NCBI GenBank assembly: GCA_023920165.1
Contig: CP089279.1
Span: 1,364,001-1,428,000 of the forward strand
DNA length: 64,000 nucleotides
Direction of reading: 5' to 3'
Origin: Curvularia clavata
Taxonomy: Eukaryota
Under the pieces are notes generated by a model. That model was not told the DNA's origin. It saw only the letters and a program-made list of their open reading frames with translations, and did not search any database. A program made the position numbers and the translations under genes. Positions 24,059-37,988 of the stretch are shown here, piece after piece; the first letter of the stretch is position 1, and each line of letters starts with the position of its first letter.

Positions 24059-24082
24059 TACGTTGGGCTTCTTCTTGAACAT
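21960..24082 (-). CDS. TMA64: eIF2D/ligatin (Tma64) translation re-initiation/recycling factor, PUA + SWIB + SUI1 domains
   Basis: MFKKKPN/IKPLAPLKSSDRR (intron 23958-24061); YPTVYTLW and GADLMTPG (PUA); C-terminal SUI1 ETRSGNKTVT...CAGSTSV...VMVQGPQ. Confidence 0.9.
23991..24051. repeat. (TG)30 microsatellite inside intron 1 of the eIF2D gene
   Basis: Perfect dinucleotide run read directly. Confidence 0.98.
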
Positions 24083-25365
24083 GGTCGGGTCGAGTGTGGT
24101 TCAGAGAGTGGGAGCGCGGGCGGCGAGGGGCTGTTGTCGCCATGTTTGGCGGGGCAGACGCACGATGATGACGGCGCCTGGTCGCCCACCAAAGGGCACG
24201 ACAATGGGACCCGCGCGCCAGGTCGCCGACTCTGTCTGTCTTTGCACCCGTCTGTGCTGCTATGCGTTGGGACGAGGGCATGGATGGTTGCTGGCGCATG
24301 TCGCGTCTAGCATCTGGCAGCAATAAACAAAGTTGAGCATACAAAACGCCTAACCACACCTCATCTTGTCACGTTACGACGTCGCCCCCTGGTGCCACGG
24401 CCGCGCTGGCACACGGTACGGCGACTACTACTCGACTTGCACTGTGCCCCGAGCGCGTCGTTTGTAATTACGATTTCCATTGCATGCTGACGCTGCTCTC
24501 CCCACATCCCAGCAGAGTGGCCATGCCGCCGCCGTTGGCACGGCACCCATGTCGCTCATCCGCGCCCACGATGCCGCCTGCAAACTACTGTACTGTCCGC
24601 GTGGTCAAGGCCGGCGCCGGCACCATGACCTAGACGCTTCACTTTGCTCAGTCACCCATGCTTGGGCATCCAGGCACCGTCACCGTCACCGTCACCGTCG
24701 CGCGTGTGCCTGTGTCGCCGTCGCACTGAACTGCCGGATGCACACGACGCCCGGTGGAGCGCTCGCCTCTACGGCCCACCGTGCCAGTCCAGTCTCTGCG
24801 CGCGCGCCCCCTGTGGCCGGCCGGCGTCTGTCAGGTCAGGTCACCAGCGCGCATTAGCAGCAAAACTCTGCACGCCTTGTTGATTGCGGAGTCGTCTTAG
24901 TAGAGGCCATGTCGGGCCGGCCTACGCCTCTCGTGGGTGCCAGGCCTCGACCCTGCGTCCGCGATACAATGCCTCGCCAAACCAACACCTGGGCCCATGC
25001 GCCACGCCCACGCCCACGCCACTACGCTGCTCTCGGCCAAAGCACCATCATGCACCCGGCCCCCGGAGCCCTAGTCTGACCATCATCCGCAACTGTCATG
25101 GCAAAGATGCGGAGAAACGGCGCCACGACAAGGCCAAACCGCTGCCGTTTGTTCTTGTGTCCTCTGCTCGTCCCTCTGTCCTCATAACCTCCCCTCCTCC
25201 CCGCCTCTCCCCCAGTCCTCATCCCCACTCTCCCTCACGACCCAGCCATGGTAAAAGTGTTGGGCGCCTGCTTCAAAGCTTTTCGCGTCGTGACATCACA
25301 GCACGCTTCCTCGGCAACCTGCTCGGCTCTTGCCCGTCAGCTCTGAAAAAATTATTCTCACCACC

Positions 25366-26745
25366 ATGAGCCCTCTTCCCGACACGGACATGGCCTGGCA
25401 GCGTCATCGCGTTGTGCCAAAGCCCACAAAGTCAGAGGAGCTCATCCTCGAGGCTTGGGCCCAGGGCTACCTCGTCGGTTCCCTCATCATCATGGCCTTC
25501 ATCACTCTCGCAAACATGAGGCGAGGCGTCCTGTTGCACAAGGTCCGTTTGTCCTTCCCCAAAACTTTGCCTTGCCATGTCCGCAACTGACTTTTTTCTG
25601 CTCCAGTTAATTCTACTCGAAGTAAGCCCGGAACCCCCGGCCCCTTTCTGCTAATCGCCCCACTAACCTATCCACAGCTCATTCTCGGAATATGGCAAGG
25701 CTTTTGGCTCTTCTTCCCTAGCCCCGTCCACGCCTGGTGGCTGTCAGTCGCCGCCATCTTCCTTAATGCCTCGTGGTCACTCCACAATGTCATTGCCTGG
25801 ATGAAGATCAAGCCCTTCTTCTCAAAACCTACCAGCTACATCTTCATTGGTACCGTCATTGTTGCCCAGGCATACTGGGTCCTCGAAATATACGCAAACT
25901 TTGCCTACTTCCATGGAATCAACAAGCTTTTCCTCAGTACCCGACCCTACGAGGCGCTATGCCGCGATCCATGGTGGATCTTCACCACCGTCTACCTCTT
26001 CTGGGTCATCAAGACCCAATACGAACTCAGCATCAAGGAAATCATCCGCATCTCTCCCCGATTTGGCATCATGCTCTTCTCCATGATCCTTAGCATCGTC
26101 TTCATCGTCATGGACATCCTATCCGTCACCAGGGCCCTGCAACTTCCAGGCCCCACAGGAATCAACCCTTTCTGGAAATTCGCCTTTGTCTTCAAATGCT
26201 TGACCGATTCAGTTGTTCTCGACGACTTCAAGGTCGCTCTCGACCGTCTACGCGCTTTCCGAATCAGCAGACTAGGCAGCTTTTCTGGAGACATGAGCGA
26301 TAGCCGCAGCCGCAATGGCAACAACCTGGTCGCCGCCTGGGAAGAAATGGAGAGAGAAGCCAATGCTCTTCAAAATGTCCGCAGTCCTGATGGCGATTAC
26401 ATACATCCCAGCAATTTCCCCTTCAAGCCCAAGCGCGCGCGTAGGCCACACAAGGACTCAGTAATGTTCCCAAACCAAACCGATTTCCATGACTACAACG
26501 CCGGTTTGGATCCCGAGGATATCGTGCCAAGTGCCTTGGGCGATGACCCCATGGCATCCTTCGACGGAAACCATTCCGAACACAAGAAACAGCATCATTT
26601 CGTCGATGACATGGGCACCCCGAAAGGAAGAGATATGGTTGCTGAGAACGACTACGCAAAGGCCATGAGAGACATGCACCGCGATAGCGTATCTACGCCC
26701 GGACGATCCAGCGACTCTCCACACCGATCCCTTCCCCCGGGTTGA
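25366..26745 (+). CDS. Fungal multi-pass integral membrane protein of unknown function
   Basis: Exon 1 from 25366, a 15-nt micro-exon 25607-25621 (LILLE), then a long exon containing ORF 25801-26745. About 6-7 hydrophobic segments and a GINPFWK...FKCLTD motif. Confidence 0.8.
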
Positions 26746-27519
26746 TGCAACACAAATCACTGTCAAGTGACTACTATACCCTGTCCTTGGCATCCCTACC
26801 AATTTACCAAGGCGCCCTTGAAAGCGGCTTTGTCACCAAGACAGCCTACTCAGGACTCAGACACCAACCTGTTTGCAATACTAATCACTAGACACGGCCT
26901 CACTCAGCACGCACTGGACCCGGCTTGATCCTTGTCCCCTATCCCAGCGCAGGACTCGAGCTCAAGCCTCCTTACAGTCGCGGCAAGCCGGCCAATCTCC
27001 CAACCCCTCGACAAGAATGCGATTCGGACCACCACACATGGTATTCTGTTTTCGTTTTTCCAAAGGTACCCCCTCCAAGGTGCTTCCGAAACATGAACAC
27101 CCTACAATAGCACTTAAGCGCGTAATACTCATTGGCCTCGGCCAAGACCTCTTTTCCCACCGATTTATATATATACCCCATTTGCTGTTTTAAGCGCGTA
27201 ACGCAACCAACCTGCTGCCATGCATGCATGCATACCCGAGCATTATCACATGTACGAATATATATATAGTCATAGAATTAGCATACCCGATGGAGCACGC
27301 TAGTGGTACTCGAGAATTCTCCGAAAAAAAAACAAAAGAAAATTTAACTTTTTATCCAACCCTGCTCCCCTATAAAAAGCAAAAAGAAGTGAACTTTGGA
27401 ATGCATCAACGTTTTCGAGCTTGGGTCATGTCCATGCACAATTTAATGCTTACTAGACTAAAGTAACTGCAAGAACAGACCCTTTAATCTCCATCGAGAC
27501 CTCAAATCAAACAAAAAAT

Positions 27520-30500
27520 TCATTCAATCAAACACTCCACTCCCCTTTCCTCTCCTTCTCCTTCTCCTTCTCCCCTTTCCTTCTCCCTCTTCCGCATAAA
27601 CCTCTCACAAAAATCAAACATGCTACACTCACTCTCCTTTGTTAGCTCCTCCAAGCATTGCCTCGGCGTAAGCACCTCCGCAATCGTTTGAATCTCCTGT
27701 CGCCACTGCTGCACATACCCCGCCTGCGGCTGGGGATGCACCACGAAAAAGTGACGATAATCGCGTCGCAGCGCAACCTGCAGCCCCGCGTAGTAGCGTA
27801 CCATGATCAGATTAGCCGCTGAACGGCTGCGCGCCCGCGTCGAAAAGTACCACATGGGCTCGCTTTCGGCCATGATGCGGCGCTCAGAAAGAATCGGGTA
27901 CTTGTCGAATACCGCGCTGAGCGGCTCCGTGCCGACGTCTTGTTCAATGTAGTTGGTTTCGGCGAGGAGGACGTAGAGTTGAGCGCGGCTGGTAGCATGG
28001 TTAGTTTACTACGTGTTGGTTGACATAGAAACTCGTGTCCTTTCTGAAGTGTCGACATACCTCTGCACATCCGCGTCGCCAGCCTCAAGCGCGGCTTCAT
28101 GCTGCTCGCAGTCTTGGATCAGATACTCCATCAATTCCGGACGCACGCACAACCGCCACAGTAAGCTTGCATCTGGTACTTCTCGCCCAGGACATGGGGG
28201 GCCAATTCGCTGCTTCAGCTTCGCAATTTTGTCGAAGAAGTTCTGGACAATCCTCAACGCGAGTTGCGGCTCCTGCTCAAACACCTCGTCTGTAATGTAA
28301 ATGAAACCTCCCACTGGAAATATCTCAATGGCATCATAGCGGTAGGTGGGTGGAGCTTCTGACAACGCAGGGTCGTACTCGAGACCCTCCTGTAGGCCCA
28401 CTGACCAAACCCGGATCGAGTGGCAGAGAATCTCGCCCAGCCCTGGGAGTTGTGTGAAATACTCAAAATCTGGATGGATCTAGTACAATCAGTAAGACAT
28501 GGCCAGAAGCAATGTATCCAACATACAATGATGACCCCAGATCCTCCGCTCTTGATTTGCCGCTCGAATTCTTCCCAGCCGCCTGCATAGTGCACACCGG
28601 ATATCTGAACGTGATGCATCAACAGCCATCGGGTGATTAGCTCCAACTCTTCTGCATGCTCCTCCGAATGGTAAACCAGGAAAGCTCGCCGATCCATGAG
28701 GCCGTTCGCACTCTTGCTGTCGTTACTGGCAAACATTTCCCCAAAATTGAGCTCACAAGCTGAACTAATCTGCTTTCGGACATTCTCACATGTTGCTTTA
28801 GCTGGAGGAAGCTCAGCAGCCAAGGGCGGAGGTGGAGCTAGAGCTGGAGTCGGTTCTGGAATGGGCTCAACAATATTGGTCTCCTCCAAATCATCTATGT
28901 CGTTGGTACTCAGGGTTGAAGACTCTTTTGATATTATAGTCGTGGTAGCAGAGTCACGTCGGACTGGTGTCTCTGCAGGCACATTTTCCCTACCTGGTGG
29001 AGCACGGGCAACAACGCCTGTGTAGTAGTGTTGAAAAGGGCAAGTCTCAGCAGTGTTGCGGCATTGGTCATAGGCCCAGTACCAACAAGTCAGATTCCTG
29101 CGAGCCAATTTCGTCTGGTTCTTTGGTCCTACAGGCACTTGCGTGATAGACCCGTCCGCTCTTTCGTGCTGAGGTAATATCCTTGGGTCGATTTGAGCTA
29201 TGCCATCGTCGCCAGAATGGTTCTTCTCGGTCTGTATCCAGCCAGTATTCTTATGGGCGAACAGACATTGGTCATCCTGCTTATAGCAACCCCTCTGATT
29301 ATACAACCAATGAACACACGTGAGCGGCGGTTTGTGGTATTTCGGGGGTATCCTACCATTAGTATCACCCACGGGATAGTCGAGTCCATTTGGATCCTTG
29401 TTGCGATGCATAAAAGGACAGGTTTGAGCAGTCTTTGAACAGTTGTTACTAAGCCGCCAGGAGGCGCATACTTGCGGAATCTTATCCACTTCCCAGGATG
29501 CCAAGGGCATTCTCTCATTGTATGGGCTTCCACTTATTGGACCACGACTACGGTCGTCGTCTACAGGACTCCGCTCTGGGCGGCCTCGGCCAGCTTCACG
29601 TCGAGCATACGGATTATCATGGGTGGTCGGGGTATTTGACTTGATGGCACCAGGCACGTCGTTGACAATCTCAAGCGCCGCTGGATCAGGTGCACCTTCA
29701 GTCCGCGACCTCTTTTGTGCCACTGCTCGAAAGTGCAACGTATTGTACAATCTGTTTCCATATGTCCACTCACTGCGTTTTTGAACCTTTGGTTGATTTA
29801 CTACTCTTATGCCGACACTTTGGTTGGCTTCTTTGACACTTGCCGGACCGGCCAAGGTAGCAGGTCTTGCTTTTGGAGCAGAAGAAGGGCCAGCTGTAAC
29901 AGCCTTTGTCACTTCGGGGACGGAAGCTGCTTTCCGCTGAGTGACTGTTGACGTGAGAGCAACTGATTTGTCGAGCTTTTTGTTCCCGTCTGTCACAGGT
30001 GCAGTCGGCACTGCTTTGCCTCTCTGTGAAACTGTATCTTTCAAAGACTGAGAGGATGCTTGTGGCGCTTTGCTTGGCACCGTTACCATTTTGAACCGGA
30101 TGTTCTTTGCGATTGGTTTTGGGGTCACGGTTGTCGTAGCACTCTGAGGTGGATTGCGTGGTGTCTGAATTGAATTGCATCTCGACTGAGATCCACTGGC
30201 CGAGTCCTTTGCCCCGACCAGACTTTCTGCCGTCTTTTTTGAAGGTCTACCTGATTCAACCCTCGGGGGATCTGGCAGTTCACCCTCGACAGATGCCGGG
30301 GAAGCTGATTGCTCCAAAGGAGGCTTACTCACTGCAAGCGGTCGCTTGCCTGATGAGGAATTACGAGTATCCGTAGCTTTTTCATGAGATGCCGAGTACT
30401 CTAAAGTCGTCCGTCTCTGCAACTTATCAGATGTGGTAGACTCATCTTCTTCATCGCTGTCCAGCAGAACAGGCCTTGCTCGTTTTTGGCGCTCCTCCGC

Positions 30501-31058
30501 GCGCTTTGCTTCCCTGTCCGCTTTGGCTCTTTCAGCGCTCTCGAGTGCCGCATAGAAGCTTTCTATATTCTCTTGACAGTAGCTTCTGAATTGAGTTTCG
30601 CCCATAGATTTCTTCAGCTCGTACCACGTTTGAAGTATTGGAGGTGTTCCAGGAAGATCACTTCCATCTTGATCTGGAACTGAGAAGGCTTCTTTGGGCT
30701 CCCAAGTGCCTACAAGACTTCATTAATCCATGAGCATGCACATTGACAAAGGGACGTGAGACGGCATAGTTGATTCCCACCACACATATGGTTCTGTGTG
30801 TCGGTGAACGCAGCTGGAACAATGCTTACATCTGAATCTTGGTCAGCCCACTTTAGTAAGAGTGGAATGGTCAACTTACTCATGAAGTGGGTAACCGTCC
30901 CATTTGGTCAGATACTTTACGCCGCGAAAGACGGGCTGATCATGGTCATGGTCCCATGTATCAAATTTCTCAGCAAGTATCTCCTCGACTTCGTAAACTG
31001 CGTCTTCGGCAGGCTCGTCCTCTGCTAGTGAGGTGACAGACACTTCGTCGGCATCCAT
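27520..31058 (-). CDS. Chromodomain + three CCCH zinc-finger protein (Chp1-like chromatin/RNA factor)
   Basis: Chromodomain YEVEEILAE...YLTKWDGYPLHE-CTWEP, which requires micro-exon 30830-30831. CCCH fingers CASWRLSNNCSKTAQTCPFMH, CVHWLYNQRGCYKQDDQCLFAH and CWYWAYDQCRNTAETCPFQH. C-terminal exons lie in ORFs 28009-28401 and 27520-27873. Confidence 0.8.
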
Positions 31059-31631
31059 CCCTTTGTGGGGCTGCGGCGACGTGTGGTTGACTATGTCACA
31101 AATGGGGTTCTGATTGGTCAATAGGGTGTGGCCAGGAAATGCCGAAACGACACGCAAGTGCTCTGGCGTTGTGGGTGCAGATGGGCGCAGCGCCACACCG
31201 AACTGTGAAAAGGGTGCCGATAGGGATCGTTGAAAGAAAGAGAGGAAGATTAGTCGCAGATTCAGGCCTAGGATGTGAGAAAGCAGCATCCCATGCAGGA
31301 ACAAACAAACATAATACACGACTGATGTTGCTTCACCCAGAAGAGGATCGCGCGAGGCTGCTAGCGCCTCGCTTACCTAAGACGGGCATAGGCTCGCTCG
31401 CTCCCTGGGGTCGGCTGGTTGGTGCTGGTGGAGCAACTCCTCAAGGCAGTGAGATACAAGCACCTGTCCACCACCACAGCCCCCGAAACCCACGCCTCCC
31501 TTCCTCAGCCTGTGCTGATATTGCGACGACACATCGGCTCTGCTTGCAAAACAGCCCTCCGACATCTCGAATACCCCCATCTCACCGCTGCCCGCTTCCC
31601 CCTCTCACCTCCCTCCCCGCCCACGGTCACA

Positions 31632-32492
<861 letters not shown>

Positions 32493-32928
32493 GCGAACAA
32501 ACATCAACACCTACAACAACGCTCCGCGCACCCTGTCTGGCGCTGGCTGTTTCTGCATAACGCATGTTTTGACGGGACAAGGACGGCGTTCGGACAGTGG
32601 GCGATACTATGATACAATGTGTTACACGAATCTCGCAAATGCCCCTCCCTCGTTGGCGTCCAGGAAGTCCCTCACTTTACATCTGCTCTGTGTCTCTGCT
32701 TGCTTCTGTTCAGCTAATGGTGTCGGGGTCTCTGTGCTTGGTTTTGCCTGTCGCAAGGCCAGCTTTTTCTCATGTTCGGACGGAAGACGATAATGCAATG
32801 GCCGATGTGTATGTAAGGTCTTACGCAATGATAGCTTATGTTAGATTTGATGGGTCCACATTTGTGCATTATTCTTCAAAGAGCATGCTTGTCGGGAAAG
32901 AATAAATTTATGTGAGATTTGGGTATGC

Positions 32929-34624
32929 CTATGAAACGCCTATACTCTTTCTATTGCCATTCATATCATCAGGTCGCCATGTCTCCTCTGCCTTGGTCCC
33001 TGGAGGCAGATACTGCGCAGTCTGTTCAGTCGTTCGTCTATATCCCAAGCCCCCACCCAGATTGTCGTCTCGCTTCTCATCTCTTGACTCGGAGATTCCT
33101 GCCATGGGGTATGCCCCGGTTCCCGACAGTGTGGACGGGCTAGCCGTGAATACTGGCCGCGATTTGACGTCGGTTGCTAGGGGAAGAAGTGGGGCATGAC
33201 CCTTGGACTGCAGTGCTTTTGCGCGTTTATCCGCCTTGGCTGCGTCGTGTGTACGATCGTAGAGGTACAAGCCGAGAAATGTAAGTACGAATCCGAACGC
33301 TTGGACTTTGGTCATCGGCTTTCCGAACCAGACAATAGCGAATACAATGACAAAGACACGCTTGATCAGGCTTGCCACGGAATATGTAACAGGTGAAACC
33401 ATGGAAAGTAGGACGAACGCTACAATGTTCTGTCCGAAATGGAACGTTCCATTGAACAGAAACTCGATGAAGAGCCGCCCATGGTCGAGGGCGTCAGGAT
33501 GATCCGACAGTTCGATCGACGCATCGTGTAAAAAGTCGAAGATGAGAGTGAACCCTTCCGACCACAGCCATAGAGGGAGAGTAAAGAGGAAAGCAAGGCC
33601 GGATGAGTAGCACAGGAGGTTGAGTTTGTCTGGCTTGGTGAATTTATTGGGCGGGAGACCATCTTTCTCAGCCGCTGCAGCGTCGTTGAAGATCTGCTTC
33701 GAGACAATGTTCTGTACTACGAAGAGGATAGCGCTGGCGAAAGCGGAGACCAGGCCAATGAAGTTGGCATTGAAGTCGGCTGAGCATGCTAGTACCACCC
33801 CTAGCGTGAGGGGTATTAGAGAGAGATATGTGGGCAGGGAATATTGGATCTTGAAGAAGATGCTGTATGCCATGACTGTAAGCAGCGGTGACAGCCCTTT
33901 AATGGTGTGCACAAGCGAAACTGGTATCCTCGAAGTAGCATCGGCGCTCAGTATATGTCCCCCAATCTGGAAGCAGGTCAGGGGCAACGTAGCCATGATC
34001 AGCTCTCTCGAGGGTGGGCGTATCCCATATTTCAAAAAGGGCATCGTCTGCTTCAAGCGCGGGAACTTCCTAGCGAACATGGCCAGTATTAGACACCAGC
34101 CCGACACGAACGCAAACTGTGCAGTCGTAAGGGTGATGGGTTTAGGAAGCGCGGTGAGGATGGCTTTCGAGGACATGTTTGTGAAGATAGAGGTCATGTA
34201 CCAGATTCCACAAAGTAGCTGTGCTTGTTAGCACTCCGTCTCTCGTGTTCTATGGATAGGACCGTACGATGAGCTTTGGCGAGAGCGGCGCCTTGAGCGC
34301 GTCGGCAATCTCGTGCGCATTTTGGCTGACGCTGCCCTTACGCGTGCGTATCGTCTTAAGAGCCTCGCTCAAGCTCTTCTGCCGCCCGTGTCTGGTCGAA
34401 GCAGAACCGTTCATACCGCCGAACCTCCCCTCCTTCCGCGGTTGCCATCTGTCTGCGGGTGCCGCGCTGCCGTTGGCTTGCGTTGCATGACTGGGGCTAG
34501 TGGATCGCGACGAGCTGAGGCCATAGCCATGTTCTTCCTCGGGCATGGGCAAGAGATCGGGCTGGAAGGCGGGAAATTTGTAGGTGGCATTAGGACTGGG
34601 GTCCCGCGCCGACGGGGGCGTCAT
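32929..34624 (-). CDS. Triose-phosphate transporter family (Sly41-like) membrane protein
   Basis: ORFs 34250-34624 and 32929-34197 joined by one intron; motifs VSLVHTIKGLSP and SPVTYSVASLIKRVFVI. Confidence 0.9.
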
Positions 34625-35180
34625 GGCGACTGTGGAGCTAACGGTCGTCGAGGGGCTATCGCAAATGGATTTGTTACGCCATGAGGGGTATGAATCAGGA
34701 TCCCAGGTTGCAGGTTATGTATGTCGTGAACGGGGTTGTATCGCAGTTACATGTAAGACCGTAAGAGTCGCGGGGCCTGCGAACGGAATGGTAGAGAGGA
34801 GGGAGGTACCGGGGATCTGCGCGAAGGATTGTTCCAAGGATCGGGTACTCGAGGCAAGCGTCGCAATGGATCCGTAATTAGCGGAGAATTGTCTGGTTAG
34901 CTTTTTTGGTGATGTCGACACGCGTCCAAAAGTAGTTCGGAAGGCTGGTGCAATGACAGGGGACCGGCGACAGGGGACTGCATGACCACCACCAAGCTTC
35001 GTCAGCCAAGCCTCACCGATGCAGCCTCAAACATCGGCGTATGCTGGTACTCGGTTTCCGCAGAGGTTCCAGGCGTAGCAAAAAACAAAAGAAACAAGAG
35101 CAAAGACGGAGAAGAACAAGGAGAGCCCATTGTTGTTCTATCTGGTCTGGAATGCACCGAGCTAGTCCAGCAGTCCCGAC

Positions 35181-37988
35181 ATGTTGAATCGGCTGTCGTC
35201 ACCGATTTTGCTATGTCCGCTGCTGTTCTTGCTGCAGTGGTCACTAGCCATTCAAGCCCAAGATGGTCCTTTGCTGTCCTTCAACAGTACATGGCATGTT
35301 CTCGGGCCCTTCCAGATCGGGACCAGAGGCACGTTAATTACCTTGCTGTCTTGACTACTACCTTCATCTGCTAATTCTTGCTTAGAGGCCACCTGGGGCG
35401 CAGATCCACTGGAGCATATAGGCGGCTTTAGGAGCCTTAGTTATGATCCCGAAGCGGTATTTCGCAGTGCTCTGCCAGCCAACGGAACCACGTCGTGGAG
35501 CATCAATACAGCCAGGCAAACCGTGGTCACTCCAAATTCAGCAAATGTGTCTTTGAGCATTGGCTATACTAATGTTGATTGGAACTTCTTAAAGCTTATC
35601 TACGGATGGGCAGCTGTTCAATATCAGGCTTGGGTGCGGGGTGAGATTGTTGTGGGCGGAAATGCTACCCAACATGTCATCCTTCACACAGACTCCATCC
35701 TAGAATACCGAATCGATAACAAACATTACTTTGGAGGCGACTTTTACAGCTACCGGAACGCACCTCCTGTTTTGCATCTCACACCTGGATCACACAGGAT
35801 TGATATCCGTTTGATCCGCGATGTAAGAGCCTTTGGAGGTATTCGGGAACCAACAATTGACGTAGTGGTCGACGTAAGACAGGTGACGGGGTCACTGGAA
35901 CTCGCGAAGCCAGGCATCTTAGTCTCTGATGTCGTCAATGGCAGGCCTGCCTCCCCCATTGGATCGGTGCACTTGAGAAACAGCGGACAGAAAGATATCG
36001 AGGTTATAAGCATCCAGCATTCAAATACTCACTCTCAAGCCACCTTTACACAACCAGATGTGATTGGTCAAATATCGTTCCAAGTGGAAGGAGGTAACAC
36101 TGACCAGAGAGAGCCAATTTCAGTGGACCTTTACCAACCCTTTCCCATCACCATTGTTGCTGGCCAAACGAAACCCATGGCATTCAACATCTCCCTAGCA
36201 GCTGACAATGCTTCTACGGTCGAGTACGATATCATCTACAAAATAGCTGATAGTCCTTACCACTTGAAAACTCGTGCTTCACAATCCGTCAACCATGTCG
36301 ACCGCTACACGCCCCATAAGTTAACGTTCCTCCACCCAGGCGGTGTGGTCTCCTATGCTATGCTTCGACCTCCTGCTAAGAATGCGAGTTGCCACTCTAA
36401 CCGTTCACATCTTCCAATTCTTCTACAATTACATGGAGCGGGGGTTGAAGCCGAAAATCCTATGGTCTCTGGTGCTCTGAACCCCGTGTCTGACCTCTGT
36501 GCATGGGTGTTGTTCCCCACAGGAGTTACATCGTGGTCTGGCGACGATTGGCATAATTGGGGCTTCGCTGATGTCGAGGCAGCAATTGCTGCTATCCCAG
36601 GTTGGATCGAAAGGAACAATTGGACGGGTCCCGGTGTCGATGTTGATCGTTGGATTGTTTCAGGCCACTCAAATGGCGGACAGGGAACTTGGTTTGCCTT
36701 AACACACCGTCCAGACAAGGTTCTTGCTGCGGCTCCAATTTCCGGCTACACTAGCATCCAGAATTATGTTCCATACGAATTCTGGCAGAGCGCAGACCCG
36801 AGACGCAAAGAGACTATTAGTGCGTCACTAAATAGTTATCGTCATGAGTTGTTAATGCCGAACGCACGAGGTATTCCTATTCAACAGCAACACGGAGAGT
36901 TGGATGACAACGTACCAGCCTACAATTCACGGCTGTTAGCACAGCAGTTGCATCTGGAAAATGCGAACTCGAGTTACAATGAGGTCGTCAGCTGCGGTCA
37001 TTGGTGGGACGGCGTTATGACTACGGCACCATTGGTGGGCTTCTACTACAATCAAACGAACAACGAAGAATCTCTACCGCGAAGGCTGGACCAGTTTACG
37101 ATTGTCGTCGGTGACCCGGGAGATATGGGTAGTAAGAGCGGGATCAGAGTAAAACACCTAGAAGATCCAGGACGATATGGCAAGGTCCATGTTCAAGGGC
37201 ATACCATTAGAACGTCTAACGTGCAGGATCTTGAATTCGATTTCACTCTCTGGAATGAGTCGGTAACTATTGACAAGCAAAAAGTGGGACTTTCAGGAGC
37301 CTCCGAAACATCAATGGCAGCAAACACACAAATCAGTGTCTATAAGTCGACCGATGGCTGGAGGCTAGGCTCGGTGGGAAAAGAGACACTGCCTATCAGA
37401 CGCAGTGGCCGTCAACTAGGTTCCATGGCTGCCATTCTTCGTACACACGGCCCTTTCATCATCCGCCATTCAGGGTCCGAGGGCGCATCGCATGCTGCTC
37501 TTCAGGTTTCTCGTAATCTCCACCAATACTTCAAAGCGGACACGCAAATTCACCACTCCACGTCCCAACCCATCCCTTCGGGTTCGACTGGAAATGTCAT
37601 CACTCTAGGGATCGCTTCCGGCATCCCGCCGTTCCAGTCCAGCTTCCCAATATTTGTAGATGAGTCCGGAGTCACTGTTCGCGATCATCAAGATCAGGAA
37701 CATGAGTATAGAAAGGAAGCTAGCAGTGCTGCATTTCTGCGCCCTCTAGAAGATGAACGACTCGAATTGGTTCTCTGGGGTGCTGATGAGGCAGGATTGC
37801 AGCAGGCGGTGCGGACTCTACCCCTACTGACAGGTGTAGGGCAGCCAGACTTCGTCGTCTTCGGTCGGAGCGCAAAGTGGAAAGGTATCGAAGGTGCTCT
37901 GGCGATGGGTTTCTTTGATTCCAACTGGGAGATCACACCATCGAGTGTCATAGACAGCGATTTCGACACGCATGAGGGTGGAAGTTAA
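35181..37988 (+). CDS. Secreted alpha/beta-hydrolase, peptidase S9 (prolyl oligopeptidase)-like
   Basis: Signal peptide MLNRLSSPILLCPLLFLLQWSLA; GC-AG intron 35329-35385 (GPFQIGTR-E-ATWGADPLE); LHGAGV, nucleophile GHSNGGQG, HGELDDNVP, GHWWD. Confidence 0.85.

Noticed and set aside
23893..24359. ORFs with HTHT or CVCV runs
   Set aside because: Translation artefacts of the intronic (TG)n microsatellite.
35181..37988. S9-like peptidase as the processing protease of the oxidase cluster
   Set aside because: It lies ~25 kb away among housekeeping genes with no evidence of linkage.
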